Below are positions 29,431 through 39,902 of a DNA stretch of 64,000 bases, piece after piece. The notes beneath the pieces were generated by a model. The model saw nothing but the letters and a program-made list of their open reading frames with translations. It searched no databases and had not been told where the DNA came from. Position 1 is the stretch's first letter. The number at the start of each line of letters is the position of its first letter. This DNA comes from a virus (taxonomy: Duplodnaviria; Heunggongvirae; Uroviricota; Caudoviricetes): positions 130,820 to 194,819 of the IMG/VR virus record IMGVR_UViG_3300031994_000003, one strand, 5' to 3'. A program made the translations under genes and the position numbers.

Positions 29431-30218
29431 TATAACACCTCAATTAATTTATCAGATGATGCATAGAAATTAAATTTAACTGTTTTTACAGTCTCATCTA
29501 CATTATCATATGATATATAGTATTTATTGTTTCCTAGTGATATAAGTTTCATTGATTCTGGATTAGAAGAATCTAATTCAACATAATCAACATTATTTAT
29601 TGTATAGTATGTTTTAAAATCAAATTCAAATACATCGAATCTATTATTTTGCATTGTTAATTCTGAATTATTATATGCATTTGTAAATAAAGAAACATCA
29701 GAATCAGATTCTGCATACATATCAATAAATCCGTATTGTGCTTCTCCTGATTTAGTTTCAACAATCATTTTTGTATATAATGGATATACAACAAGATCAT
29801 CTATAGTTTTATTAGTACCTTTATCTGCATAGCATACAAGTTGATGGACTTCTGATGGATTAATAGATTTATATTTATAAATAATCGATTCATCAACATT
29901 TGATATATCCATTGTATCAATAGAATTAAATTCTACACCATCTGATCCCAATAATATATCATAAATATAGATATATTGATCGTCATTAGAATATATATAA
30001 ACTATTCCAATGTTAGATGTAACTGTAATATAACCATTGATATTTGATTCAGGAAATTCAAAATATTTATATTCATTTGTATATTTTGAAACTTTATTAT
30101 ATACATCTGTAGAATCAGTATCTTCAAATGAATATGTAACAGTATCTTCAACAATAGTTCTGACAATAACTTTATTTGTAAAATCACTTTCTGGTTTTAA
30201 TATCTTAAATCTTTTCAT
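29430..30218 (-). CDS. Hypothetical protein (beta-rich, possibly virion)
   Basis: Coupled ORF in a late-type operon. Confidence 0.7.
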   Translation of the reverse strand: MKRFKILKPESDFTNKVIVRTIVEDTVTYSFEDTDSTDVYNKVSKYTNEYKYFEFPESNINGYITVTSNIGIVYIYSNDDQYIYIYDILLGSDGVEFNSIDTMDISNVDESIIYKYKSINPSEVHQLVCYADKGTNKTIDDLVVYPLYTKMIVETKSGEAQYGFIDMYAESDSDVSLFTNAYNNSELTMQNNRFDVFEFDFKTYYTINNVDYVELDSSNPESMKLISLGNNKYYISYDNVDETVKTVKFNFYASSDKLIEVL

Positions 30219-30829
30219 TAGAAACCAACTCCTATAAAAAATGGAATTATATTTTCATCTGTTGATTTATTTGAATTAAGTGCTTGTTCTTTAGATATTA
30301 CTTTAACTTCAATTGTTGGTTGCTGATCTAGATTAGCATCAATTCTATCAGCAAAATTACATATTACAATTAAATATCCATCAATATCATATAAAAAAAA
30401 GTCTTCATCTAATATTGCTGGTTTTCTAATTTCTATACCATCATTAGTTCTAATGTATTTTTGAAATACACTATTTTCTTTTCCACTATGTTCTATAATA
30501 TATGATTTTAATGTTTTTATCTCTTTATTATTAACAACATATCCAGGATCATTAAATCTATCAGATGATTGAATTTTAAATATTGCTCTATAGAAACCAG
30601 TGTTAATATAAGATCTAGTATCTACATAATTATCATAAACCCATATAAGCCCACCTAAATTACTTCTATTAGTAATAATGTCAGTTCCTGGAAGTTTATT
30701 TGTATAATATGCCTTTTCTATCATCTCAAATACTGAAAAATCTGGAGCAATTTTACGTAGATATTCTTTTAAAGCAATATTGCCATCAGTAATGTTTTCC
30801 ATTATATCACCATCTTTTTTATTATACAT
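30218..30829 (-). CDS. Hypothetical protein (true start probably ATG 30802)
   Basis: First gene after the late-type motif at 30827-30840. Confidence 0.7.
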   Translation of the reverse strand: MYNKKDGDIMENITDGNIALKEYLRKIAPDFSVFEMIEKAYYTNKLPGTDIITNRSNLGGLIWVYDNYVDTRSYINTGFYRAIFKIQSSDRFNDPGYVVNNKEIKTLKSYIIEHSGKENSVFQKYIRTNDGIEIRKPAILDEDFFLYDIDGYLIVICNFADRIDANLDQQPTIEVKVISKEQALNSNKSTDENIIPFFIGVGF

Positions 30830-30889
30830 AATAAATTGTTCAGGGGTATATTTTTAACAAGAAAAAAAGAGAAGTTATCTTCTCTTTTT
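30827..30889 (-). promoter_or_regulatory. Terminator (30864-30889) plus late-type promoter AACAATTTATTATG (30827-30840)
   Basis: Hairpin AAAAAGAGAAG-TTAT-CTTCTCTTTTT; the module is nearly duplicated at 60426-60491. Confidence 0.65.
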
Positions 30890-30890
30890 A

Positions 30891-31553
30891 TTATTTATAA
30901 TAAGTAATTGTTGCACCTTTTTCTTGAATTAACAACTCTTGTTCAGGTGTTAATTTAGAATATGGTCTATCTAAAATTAAAAATTCTTTTCCTTCAATTT
31001 TATAATCTTTATCCTCAATTAATTTAATTATAGTAGCTGCATCATCTGTAATATATAAATTCCAATCAATTGATTTTAATTTATCAGTTTTATTTTGTTC
31101 TACATCTAATAATTCAACTTTCTTAAATTCAGAGAATAAATTTTCATAAATCTCTTTTTGAACTTCAGTATATTTTTCTGAATTCATTCTCTCTCCATAA
31201 GGAACATAGATTTTATCAATTTTATTTCCATTTTCAACAATACTTGATTTGATTACATTATTGTATAAATCTGTCATTGTTAAATATTGAACAAACATTT
31301 CTTTGTTTGTTAAATAATAATTATAAAATACTGCAATAGCATCTTGTAACAATAACATGTTTAAATCTGATTTTAATAATTCCATATATAAATCTCTACG
31401 TTCTCTTGTATTTACATCATATGTAAATGGAACATACTTTAAATATGGTGAATAAATCAACCAAGAATTTTTAATATGATTAAATAATGATTCTGATGTG
31501 TTTGCTAAAACATCATCAAAATCAATTATAATATTTCCGTGAATGTTATCCAT
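30891..31553 (-). CDS. HAD-superfamily phosphatase, 5'(3')-deoxyribonucleotidase-like
   Basis: IIIDFDDVLANT (motif I), LYITDD (motif IV), LILDRPY. Confidence 0.55.
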   Translation of the reverse strand: MDNIHGNIIIDFDDVLANTSESLFNHIKNSWLIYSPYLKYVPFTYDVNTRERRDLYMELLKSDLNMLLLQDAIAVFYNYYLTNKEMFVQYLTMTDLYNNVIKSSIVENGNKIDKIYVPYGERMNSEKYTEVQKEIYENLFSEFKKVELLDVEQNKTDKLKSIDWNLYITDDAATIIKLIEDKDYKIEGKEFLILDRPYSKLTPEQELLIQEKGATITYYK

Positions 31554-31565
31554 ATTTATTCTCCT

Positions 31566-32171
31566 TTACCATGCAAAATCTTCATCATTATCAGATTTTA
31601 TTTCTTCTTTAATATTTAATAATCCTTTTTCTTTTAAAAACTCTTTTACAATATCTACACCATTTTTATATGTATCTGAAAGAGAATTAATTTTATCATA
31701 ATTTACTTTTTCTTTTGGCTGATATTCTCTTAAAATATCTAATCCATCTGTTAAAGCAAGTTTATTAATTATTTTAATTAATTGTTCATATTTATTAAAT
31801 CCATTTGCCTCAATAATATTAGCAATAACATCTTTTGGTGTATATATTTGTGAATTTACAATATTAAATATTTTATCTTTAAATCCATATTTTTTAACAT
31901 ATTTTAAATCTGCTAAAACATTTAAACTAATATTATTTGATGACAAATATAACTCAGGATTAAACTTCTTTTCTAAATATTCTCCTAAAATTAATCCTGG
32001 TGCTAATGTTACAACTTTTTCAGTTAAATATGGCTCAATATGATAACATACCTCATCAGTCAAATAATAATTTTTAAATAATTCCTCAAGATAATCTTCG
32101 ACACATGATGCCGGCATTTTATTTAATTTTGATCTTAATTTTAAACATGAATCAAGTAATAATTTTCTCAT
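31566..32171 (-). CDS. Hypothetical protein
   Basis: GGAGG SD; 201 aa. Confidence 0.7.
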   Translation of the reverse strand: MRKLLLDSCLKLRSKLNKMPASCVEDYLEELFKNYYLTDEVCYHIEPYLTEKVVTLAPGLILGEYLEKKFNPELYLSSNNISLNVLADLKYVKKYGFKDKIFNIVNSQIYTPKDVIANIIEANGFNKYEQLIKIINKLALTDGLDILREYQPKEKVNYDKINSLSDTYKNGVDIVKEFLKEKGLLNIKEEIKSDNDEDFAW

Positions 32172-32203
32172 TATATAATATACCTCCTTTTAAAAAAATA
32201 ATT

Positions 32204-32233
32204 AAAAACTGGGAGAATATTATTTTCTCCCAG
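32204..32233 (-). terminator. Intrinsic terminator after polB
   Basis: CTGGGAGAA-loop-TTCTCCCAG followed by a T-tract on the minus strand. Confidence 0.7.
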
Positions 32234-32237
32234 CTTA

Positions 32238-34256
32238 TTATAATTTTAATATATTTGACTTATTATTTTCACCGTCAATATAAATTCCTAATGCACCGAT
32301 TAAAGTATTTCCTGCAGAAGTATTTGATTTAACCATCTCATCATAATCAATTAATGGAACCAAATATTCTGGAATTTGTTCTAAATCTTTTGGAATTGCA
32401 ATAATTGCAAAACCTTTATCAGAGAAATCAATTCTCTTACTTAATGCATCTGCTGGAACTCCTTTATTATAAATTGTTTCTAATACAATTTCATATTTAT
32501 CAGGATAATTATCTTTTAAATATTTGAATGCTTCATTTTTAGCCATTTCTAATTCTAATCTTTCAAAATAACTTTCATCAGATTCATCTTTTTTTCTAGC
32601 TAATGTTACATCAGTTTTAAGTTTAATTAAATTAACTTTTTCTGGTGGTTGGATAGAATTTTCTGGTTCCAAAGCATTCCATATAATTGTTCCACGAACA
32701 GATTGCATTCTTTCTGGAAATTTATACGAGTCATATAATTCTACATTTGCTGGAATTAAATATGTTGTTTCTCCAGTTCTTAGTGAATTATCAACCTTAT
32801 TAATAATATCATCATATTTATTCATTAACTCTTTAAAATTAATATTATCTTTTAATAATATTTCATTTAATAAGAATGATGTGAATTCTTCACGTAAATC
32901 TTTTGGAACAACTGATTTACGGATTGGTAATCCTTTAATATCCATTCTATTTTCTGGAGCTTGATCAATTAAATTACCAAGTTCTGCAGCTAATAGGCCT
33001 GCATAGTTTTTCTTATTTTTAGTAGTAATTAAAATTTCATAAACGAATTCATTTTTAAAGTTTATGATTTCTTTATGAGTATCTTCAATACCAACATTTG
33101 TCGTTAATGTCCAACAAATTCTCTTTAATGCTTCTGTAATTATATCTAATATTAAATTAGTTATATTTAAAGCATTCTCTCTATTATTCTCAAGATTAAA
33201 TGCTGTTTCAATTGCATCTACTTGAGGTTTCATGTAACAGAATGTCGAGTCTGTATCTGTTACAATACTTGATTTTCTTTTATCTTTTAAGAATCTCTTA
33301 TATCTATCATCTAATATATTATCATAGAACGTAAAATCACAAACTAACTTTCTGAAATAATCATTAGTGTGATTTTTATCATCACCATATTTTCCATTAT
33401 TTTCAAATAATACTTCTTTAGTTTTCTCGATAAACTTTGTTTCTAATAGTAATTCGGTTAAATGATTTTTATAATAAATTCTTGTAACTAATTCTTCATC
33501 AAATGAATTAATTATTTTTTCTAAACTATCAGTATTAAATTCTTGAACAGTATGTCCGATTAAATAATCTAACAGTTTTTCTTTAGAAATTGGTTCAACA
33601 AAATCTAAAATATTTTGTTTATATTCTTCATTCTTTACATTCATAACAAATTCAAGGCAATCATCAAGATTCTTAAATTTATTATTATCACCTAATAAAC
33701 CTTCAATTGCTGAAATTGCAGTTGTTATAATATCTTGACCAGATAATGTAACACTATTTTGAAGGAATGAATTGAAGAATGGTGATACAACTAAACCTAG
33801 AATACCATAATATGAGTTTGCTAGAATTTTATATGTTAATTGCATTACTTTATAATATAAATATAATGTTGATCCTTTTGGATATTCTTTCATTTTATTT
33901 TTATAAACTTTTCTTTGATCTAGGAAATATTTTAATGCATTTGCAGCAATATTTCTAGTTCCATGATTCATAAATAATGTACAATATCCACTTAATATCT
34001 CATTGCTATTAATGACTGTATTTATGAACTGTTCTACAGACATTATTTTATTTTCAAAAGTAACATTTGACATGAATCTTCCAACCGGCTTATATCGTTT
34101 TTCATATTTATCATTCAAATACTTAAAGATTTCTTCATTAGATAGCTCCTCTTCAGAATATTTCATTCTTATTTTATCTAATTGATCCTTCATCCATAAG
34201 TATTTAAATGATATCTTTTTATTCATATCGCGGTTTCTTATGTCTAATTTGGACAC
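32238..34256 (-). CDS. Family B DNA polymerase, split (fingers/palm motifs B and C plus thumb)
   Basis: R.VYK..M, YKILANSYYG, VTLSGQ, VTDTDS, KKNY, KGL..RKS; no exonuclease motifs and no motif A (DxxSLYPS). Confidence 0.88.
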   Translation of the reverse strand: MSKLDIRNRDMNKKISFKYLWMKDQLDKIRMKYSEEELSNEEIFKYLNDKYEKRYKPVGRFMSNVTFENKIMSVEQFINTVINSNEILSGYCTLFMNHGTRNIAANALKYFLDQRKVYKNKMKEYPKGSTLYLYYKVMQLTYKILANSYYGILGLVVSPFFNSFLQNSVTLSGQDIITTAISAIEGLLGDNNKFKNLDDCLEFVMNVKNEEYKQNILDFVEPISKEKLLDYLIGHTVQEFNTDSLEKIINSFDEELVTRIYYKNHLTELLLETKFIEKTKEVLFENNGKYGDDKNHTNDYFRKLVCDFTFYDNILDDRYKRFLKDKRKSSIVTDTDSTFCYMKPQVDAIETAFNLENNRENALNITNLILDIITEALKRICWTLTTNVGIEDTHKEIINFKNEFVYEILITTKNKKNYAGLLAAELGNLIDQAPENRMDIKGLPIRKSVVPKDLREEFTSFLLNEILLKDNINFKELMNKYDDIINKVDNSLRTGETTYLIPANVELYDSYKFPERMQSVRGTIIWNALEPENSIQPPEKVNLIKLKTDVTLARKKDESDESYFERLELEMAKNEAFKYLKDNYPDKYEIVLETIYNKGVPADALSKRIDFSDKGFAIIAIPKDLEQIPEYLVPLIDYDEMVKSNTSAGNTLIGALGIYIDGENNKSNILKL

Positions 34257-34287
34257 GGATTATCCTTCTCCTCTCGATATTAAATTT

Positions 34288-34301
34288 TATATTTAATTGT
34301 T
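34288..34301 (-). promoter_or_regulatory. AACA-N6-TA promoter (AACAATTAAATATA) for polB
   Basis: Recurrent motif. Confidence 0.6.
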
Positions 34302-34323
34302 ATGATGAATATTTTTTAAAATA

Positions 34324-34611
34324 TTATAATATTGAGATTATATCTACTCTTGCATGATTATCATTTACAATTTCAATGTAAGCATCTTTAACTATTACAT
34401 TAAAGTATTCTTCAGTTTCATCATAAACAAGACCATCTGAGTATTCATAAATTGTATCACCATCAAGAGTAATTAACAATATTCCAAGTTCTTTTATTTT
34501 ATCTAAAAGTTCCTTTATTGTCACCTTTGATCTTGATACAATCCCCTCATCTTCAATTTCTAAAACTTCTTCATCGTCATCTTCTCTTGGATAGATTTCA
34601 TCTTCTACCAT
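34324..34611 (-). CDS. Small acidic hypothetical protein
   Basis: GGAGG SD; 95 aa. Confidence 0.7.
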   Translation of the reverse strand: MVEDEIYPREDDDEEVLEIEDEGIVSRSKVTIKELLDKIKELGILLITLDGDTIYEYSDGLVYDETEEYFNVIVKDAYIEIVNDNHARVDIISIL

Positions 34612-34612
34612 A

Positions 34613-36115
34613 TTAATCCTCCTTTAATTTTTGTATATCTTCATTATTTTTAATATATGTGATAATTTCTTCTTTATCATTTTTTAATCTATCATTAACG
34701 ACATTATTTAAAACATTATTTAAAACTAATCCAATACTTTTATTCTTGAATCCAAGTTTCATAACATCATAACCATTAATTTCAAGATCTTTTAATGTAA
34801 AGCAATCATCATCACTTAAATTATAATATATATTTAGAAGATCATTAGTAGAAACATAAATTTTATATCTTATATCATTATCTACTATATAACTTGTGAC
34901 ATTAGCCATGTTAGTAATATAGTTTAATGTTACTGGAAGCATAAAATTATGATCTAATTTATCTCCTTCTCTAATTAAGAATAATCCAAACATTTTAATA
35001 TCTCGAAGCTCTAAATTATCAGAATTTTCCATTCTAGATAATAACTTCTTAATTGTTTTCTTTGGATTTGTTAAAGAATAATCAGTATCATGATTTAAAA
35101 CTATCCATGATATAATTTCTTTATCTTTATTTGAATATTTTAATCTATCTAATATAGGAAGTGTCATTTCATATGATTTAACTGGATGTCCAACAAAATG
35201 TAAAACATTTGGATCGTCACAATCAATTTGGAAACAAGCATATTTTCCAATATCATGTAATAGTCCAGAAATTAAATATAAATGCATATATTTTTTATAT
35301 CTTTCAGGTACAATATTATCTGCATTTTTTATCATATATTTACAAACATATATTAAATGATTAAATAAATCATGTTGATGATATTTATTTTTTTGACTAA
35401 ATTTATATGTATTACTTAATTCAGGAATTATAGTAAATAAAACTTTATATAAATCAGTTTCAATCATAAGATTAAAAAACTTTTCATAAATAATCATTCC
35501 ATTTAGTTCTTTTAATATTCTTTCTTTTGAAATATTATTTAAATCACATCTTAAAGAAATCATTGCATTTAATGTATCATCATTAATTGATAAATTGTAT
35601 TTGCATGCAAATCTAATTCCTCTTAATATTCTTAATGCATCTTCATTAAATCTATCAGCTGCATTATTAACAGTTTTTAATATTTTATTTTCTAAATCAT
35701 TTATTCCATTAAATGGATCAAATAATTCTTTTCCATCATATGCAATTGCATTAATTGTAAAATCTCTTCTTGCTAGATCCTCATCTAAAGATGAAACAAA
35801 TTCTACTTTATCAGGATGCCTATTATCTGAGTATTCTGAATCTTTTCTAAAGGTTGTTATTTCAATAACCTCATCAAATACTATAGAAACTGTTCCGTGC
35901 TTTTCTCCACCTGGATTAATTATAGGATAGTCTTTAAAAACTTCTTTTATTTGTTCAGGTGTTGCATTAGTGGTAATATCAAAATCTTTAGGATGGATAC
36001 CTAATAAGATATCTCTGATACATCCACCTACAAGATATGCTTTATAATTATTATCATGTAATAATCTTAATGCTTCTTCTACATAATTTGGAAATTGAAA
36101 ATCATTTAGTTTCAT
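34613..36115 (-). CDS. cca: CCA-adding tRNA nucleotidyltransferase with HD domain
   Basis: YLVGGCIRD, KDFDITT, EITTFR, EDLARRDFTINA, RFNEDALRILRG, ISKER, LLHDIGK. Confidence 0.92.
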   Translation of the reverse strand: MKLNDFQFPNYVEEALRLLHDNNYKAYLVGGCIRDILLGIHPKDFDITTNATPEQIKEVFKDYPIINPGGEKHGTVSIVFDEVIEITTFRKDSEYSDNRHPDKVEFVSSLDEDLARRDFTINAIAYDGKELFDPFNGINDLENKILKTVNNAADRFNEDALRILRGIRFACKYNLSINDDTLNAMISLRCDLNNISKERILKELNGMIIYEKFFNLMIETDLYKVLFTIIPELSNTYKFSQKNKYHQHDLFNHLIYVCKYMIKNADNIVPERYKKYMHLYLISGLLHDIGKYACFQIDCDDPNVLHFVGHPVKSYEMTLPILDRLKYSNKDKEIISWIVLNHDTDYSLTNPKKTIKKLLSRMENSDNLELRDIKMFGLFLIREGDKLDHNFMLPVTLNYITNMANVTSYIVDNDIRYKIYVSTNDLLNIYYNLSDDDCFTLKDLEINGYDVMKLGFKNKSIGLVLNNVLNNVVNDRLKNDKEEIITYIKNNEDIQKLKED

Positions 36116-36148
36116 ATGATTTTTACCTTCCTTTTTAATAATTAATTA

Positions 36149-36373
36149 CTATTCAAAATAATGCTCATATGTATATTTGCCTGTTACAATTACTACTGCA
36201 AAGCACCATACTATGGACACAAATAATAATAGTAACCACCAATAACCAATATATTTTGCTATAAACACTGATATAATAATTGGAGCAATAGCAATAACTA
36301 ATATAAAAGTATATTGTAATGCTATTAATAAACATTTTCCAAATGTTTTAAATAAATTTTTTATAATATCCAT
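36149..36373 (-). CDS. Small two-TM membrane protein
   Basis: Two hydrophobic helices; GAGG SD. Confidence 0.7.
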   Translation of the reverse strand: MDIIKNLFKTFGKCLLIALQYTFILVIAIAPIIISVFIAKYIGYWWLLLLFVSIVWCFAVVIVTGKYTYEHYFE

Positions 36374-36384
36374 ATTATTACCTC

Positions 36385-36792
36385 TTATTCCTCTGGTCTT
36401 GATATTTCTGGAATTGGTACATAGAATGTAATTTTATAATGATATGGGCCAACATTTTCAGAAACATCTAGTTGCTCAGATAAATAACAAACCTCGTCTG
36501 CAAGCCTTACATAATGTAATTGATATTTATCTGGTCCTACTTTAATCATAATATTGACGTCGCCTTCGGAATCCAGTTTTGTTGTCAAATAGCCTTCAAA
36601 TTCCATAAGAACAATATTGCTTCTTAAGTTAATAACAGTTATTCTTCTATAAGTTTTGAAATTACCAATATCCTGCATCATGTTTCTTTGTATTTGATTT
36701 TCTGCTGGGCCACAACTAGATAATGATAAGCAACAAACAAACATAGATAAAAATACAAATAAGCATAATGCTATATTTTTAATTTTTTTCAT
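36385..36792 (-). CDS. Phage lipoprotein
   Basis: Signal peptide with lipobox LSSC; NF..YRRITVIN..EG...K.GP..Y..HY..EQL..YHY pattern typical of a common uncharacterised phage lipoprotein family. Confidence 0.7.
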   Translation of the reverse strand: MKKIKNIALCLFVFLSMFVCCLSLSSCGPAENQIQRNMMQDIGNFKTYRRITVINLRSNIVLMEFEGYLTTKLDSEGDVNIMIKVGPDKYQLHYVRLADEVCYLSEQLDVSENVGPYHYKITFYVPIPEISRPEE

Positions 36793-37708
36793 TATTATTT
36801 TCCTCTTTATTTTCAAAATCTTCTTTATTCAATACACGTACTGGATTTCCATATTGATAAGTGCCCGGTAAAGGAATTCCTGGAATTTGACTATCATTTA
36901 CAATACATTCAAATTTATCTTCACCTTTATCATTTAAATATGGTTTTAAACCATTTTCAAGTGCTCTCTTATAAATATTCTCAATTTCAATACATACCTT
37001 ATGTGGATCAAATCTAACACATACTGATCTAACTAAAATATGATAACCCCCAGTTGTATTAATTATAACATAATGTCCTTTACCATAATACTTCTCAAAA
37101 ACTGAAACCATTTGATTGTAGAAATCATTATCTTTTTCTTTCCACCATGCAGGAACATCGATATCATAATCTAGCCAATAATTGCTACCTTTACAATTAG
37201 CTTTTAAATGCTTAACATTACTTTCAATATTGCCAAATAATCTATAATTAGTAAATGAAGTTGCTAAATCTTTACCCGCTAAATATGCTTTCATGATAGC
37301 CATTTTTGTTTCATTTAATTGCTCTTGTAATCTTTCTGCAACCTTCATATCATCACATGGATTTACATAAAAGATAACGGCTAATGTTTTATCTGGAAGT
37401 CTTTCTCCAGATTCAGTTAAATATGCACCATCATCAACATTAAATCTTTTAACATGTTGTAAGAAGTTTGCAAAATCCCATGTAAGATTACAAGCATTAT
37501 TACCAGAAGTTGTTCTTGATCTGATACTTTGTGTATTTAAGAACTCACCTTTACTTCTAGTTAATCCCATTCTAGTTTTTTCTTCATCTGTTAGCTTTTT
37601 ATGTCTGCAAACAAATACCATAGAATAAGATTCATTTACTTTTGGTTTTTGAATAACATTATCATAAAACCATTTTAATTCTTCCTCATCTGCTAATACG
37701 TTATACAT
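36779..37708 (-). CDS. Hypothetical protein with primase-polymerase (AEP)-like motifs
   Basis: WLDYDID (DxD) and INTTGGYHILV (S/T..G.H) in AEP order. Confidence 0.45.
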   Translation of the reverse strand: MYNVLADEEELKWFYDNVIQKPKVNESYSMVFVCRHKKLTDEEKTRMGLTRSKGEFLNTQSIRSRTTSGNNACNLTWDFANFLQHVKRFNVDDGAYLTESGERLPDKTLAVIFYVNPCDDMKVAERLQEQLNETKMAIMKAYLAGKDLATSFTNYRLFGNIESNVKHLKANCKGSNYWLDYDIDVPAWWKEKDNDFYNQMVSVFEKYYGKGHYVIINTTGGYHILVRSVCVRFDPHKVCIEIENIYKRALENGLKPYLNDKGEDKFECIVNDSQIPGIPLPGTYQYGNPVRVLNKEDFENKEENNNEKN

Positions 37709-37730
37709 ATTAATTCTCCTATTATTTCTA

Positions 37731-38042
37731 TTATATTTCTTCTATCATATTTCTTTTAAACATTTCTAATAAAACTGATGGGATATTTCTATAATAATAT
37801 GATTGTGTCATATAGAAAAATATAACCCCATTTATTTTATTTATCATAATTGTTGGACTAATATAGCCTTTTCTTTTCTTTCCATCAAACCAACAATAAA
37901 AGTCACTTCCAAGAAAGTCACTTCCAAGACCAAACATATTGTCTTTTGGCCAGAAGTCTTCTACATATTGAAAACCCAATTCTTCAAGTTGTTCTTGTGT
38001 ATCTTTATTTAAAATATCTTTAACTTTTAATGTTTTGATCAT
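37731..38042 (-). CDS. Hypothetical protein
   Basis: Coupled ORF in the early cassette. Confidence 0.7.
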   Translation of the reverse strand: MIKTLKVKDILNKDTQEQLEELGFQYVEDFWPKDNMFGLGSDFLGSDFYCWFDGKKRKGYISPTIMINKINGVIFFYMTQSYYYRNIPSVLLEMFKRNMIEEI

Positions 38043-38698
38043 TTTATAATGAATACTCCTTTTTCTATAAGTTCATTCATTTTCTCAATAAATTTATATT
38101 GAATTCCATATTCATCTTGATTTTCTATTTCTTTAAAATTAAAGAATTTATCAAACTTCCAAGTGCCCATTCCGCCCCAACAACTAAATGTTAATTCTAT
38201 TTTAGCACTTTTATCTTTATTTGGTTTATCATAAATACCTAACCAATATTCATAATTATCACATACAGGATATTCATCAATACCAACAGAACATGATAAA
38301 CACCATGCTTTTATTACATTATTATACCAAAAGCCATTTTCTTTATTAATAAGCTTTCTATTGACTTCTAATTTGCATATGTTTTTTGGTGTTAAATTAT
38401 ATTTATTTATATCAATTCTTTTAGTTGGAATTCCTTCACGATTTGCATTTTTTTCTATTTGTTTAGCTTTTTTATCGTTTTCTTTTAATTCATCTAAGTA
38501 ACATTGATATTTTTCTTCTGGTGTTGGATTCTCTGAGCAATAATCATAATAAGATGAGTTTTTTGCAAAATCTTCATCTGATTCATACTCTCCTAATAGA
38601 AAATCTGAATCACCACATTCCTCACAATATGTTTCTTTATAAGATAGTTCATGATCAGTACTATACCAACCACCCATATGATTTTCATAATAAAACAT
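38039..38698 (-). CDS. Hypothetical protein (N-terminal CxxC)
   Basis: YENHMGGWY...YCEECGDSD; GGAGG SD. Confidence 0.7.
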   Translation of the reverse strand: MFYYENHMGGWYSTDHELSYKETYCEECGDSDFLLGEYESDEDFAKNSSYYDYCSENPTPEEKYQCYLDELKENDKKAKQIEKNANREGIPTKRIDINKYNLTPKNICKLEVNRKLINKENGFWYNNVIKAWCLSCSVGIDEYPVCDNYEYWLGIYDKPNKDKSAKIELTFSCWGGMGTWKFDKFFNFKEIENQDEYGIQYKFIEKMNELIEKGVFIIK

Positions 38699-38725
38699 AC
38701 ATTATTCCTCCTTACACAATTATAA

Positions 38726-39016
38726 TTATTTTAAAATATTTTTAATAATTTCTACTACATCATCTACGCCATCCCAAGCATATAAATCATATACATTATC
38801 TTTACCTAAGTAACCAATATGAATTACATACTTACCATCGCCTAAACCATCTTCAGCATAATTATAATCCACTAGATAGCCAGCTTCCACTAAGCAATTA
38901 GCTACAACTCCTGAGATATCATATAAACCTTCATCATCAGAAGCTCCACACTCCATTAGGTCTTTAAAACCATTTTCTTTAAAATATTCTTCTACTACTT
39001 CTCTAATATCTCTCAT
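38726..39016 (-). CDS. Hypothetical acidic protein
   Basis: ORF in the cassette; probable start MRDI right after the upstream stop. Confidence 0.65.
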   Translation of the reverse strand: MRDIREVVEEYFKENGFKDLMECGASDDEGLYDISGVVANCLVEAGYLVDYNYAEDGLGDGKYVIHIGYLGKDNVYDLYAWDGVDDVVEIIKNILK

Positions 39017-39017
39017 A

Positions 39018-39890
39018 TTATTCATCCATTCTATGTTCATCAGTTAAATAAATAATTGGCTTCTCATCAGTTTCATATACATAAACTAATACATCACCAT
39101 GTTCATTATATGCATATCCATCAATATATATTGCATGCTCAAACTCACGAATCTTTGGAACTTCATTTGGAAGTAAGACACCATAATCACATTGGCCTTT
39201 TTCATTTTTAATTTCTCCCCAAATTTCAGTTCCTCGTTTTGTTTGCTCAACAATAAATGAATGAACGTGCCCTACAATTAATTTCTTATCTGGAATAAAT
39301 GCTTCATCTTGTGTATTTACATTATATGTCCAAACAGCATCATCCCAAAGATAATCTTTAGAATTTCGCCAATCTTCCATATACTCTGCACCATAAAGCT
39401 TACCATTCCAATATAATCCTTTAGATGGAATCCATGCATGTGTTCCAACTAAATCTTTAAATTCAACTGCCCAATCACAAGAATTAAAATATTCTTTTAA
39501 TAATTTTCTTGTTTCTTTTGCAGCTTCTGAATTTTTAAATTCTCTCATCATATAATTAATATCCGATGGGGAATTTTTTTTCTTGACATTCATGAAATCA
39601 CGACAAAAGCTTTGCATTGTCATATGCACACCATTATGTTTATCATAATCTTGTGCTCTATCTGCGCCAATAAATAACTCTCTGAAGCGTCTATCATGAT
39701 TACCGAATAATAAAATCTTATTAGGTAATGACATAACAAATTCTAATACTTTCTTACTATCTGGTCCCCTATCAAATAAGTCCCCTAATGAAATAATAGT
39801 ATCAGTATCTTTATTGAAATTATTTTTTTCTAATGCTTTAATTAGTTTGTCATATTCGCCATGAACATCAGAAATAATAAAATATTTCAT
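39018..39890 (-). CDS. Calcineurin-like metallophosphoesterase (Ser/Thr phosphatase family)
   Basis: SDVHG, LGDLFDRG, GNHD, THA, VGH, IDG. Confidence 0.9.
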   Translation of the reverse strand: MKYFIISDVHGEYDKLIKALEKNNFNKDTDTIISLGDLFDRGPDSKKVLEFVMSLPNKILLFGNHDRRFRELFIGADRAQDYDKHNGVHMTMQSFCRDFMNVKKKNSPSDINYMMREFKNSEAAKETRKLLKEYFNSCDWAVEFKDLVGTHAWIPSKGLYWNGKLYGAEYMEDWRNSKDYLWDDAVWTYNVNTQDEAFIPDKKLIVGHVHSFIVEQTKRGTEIWGEIKNEKGQCDYGVLLPNEVPKIREFEHAIYIDGYAYNEHGDVLVYVYETDEKPIIYLTDEHRMDE

Positions 39891-39902
39891 TATATCACCT
39901 TT

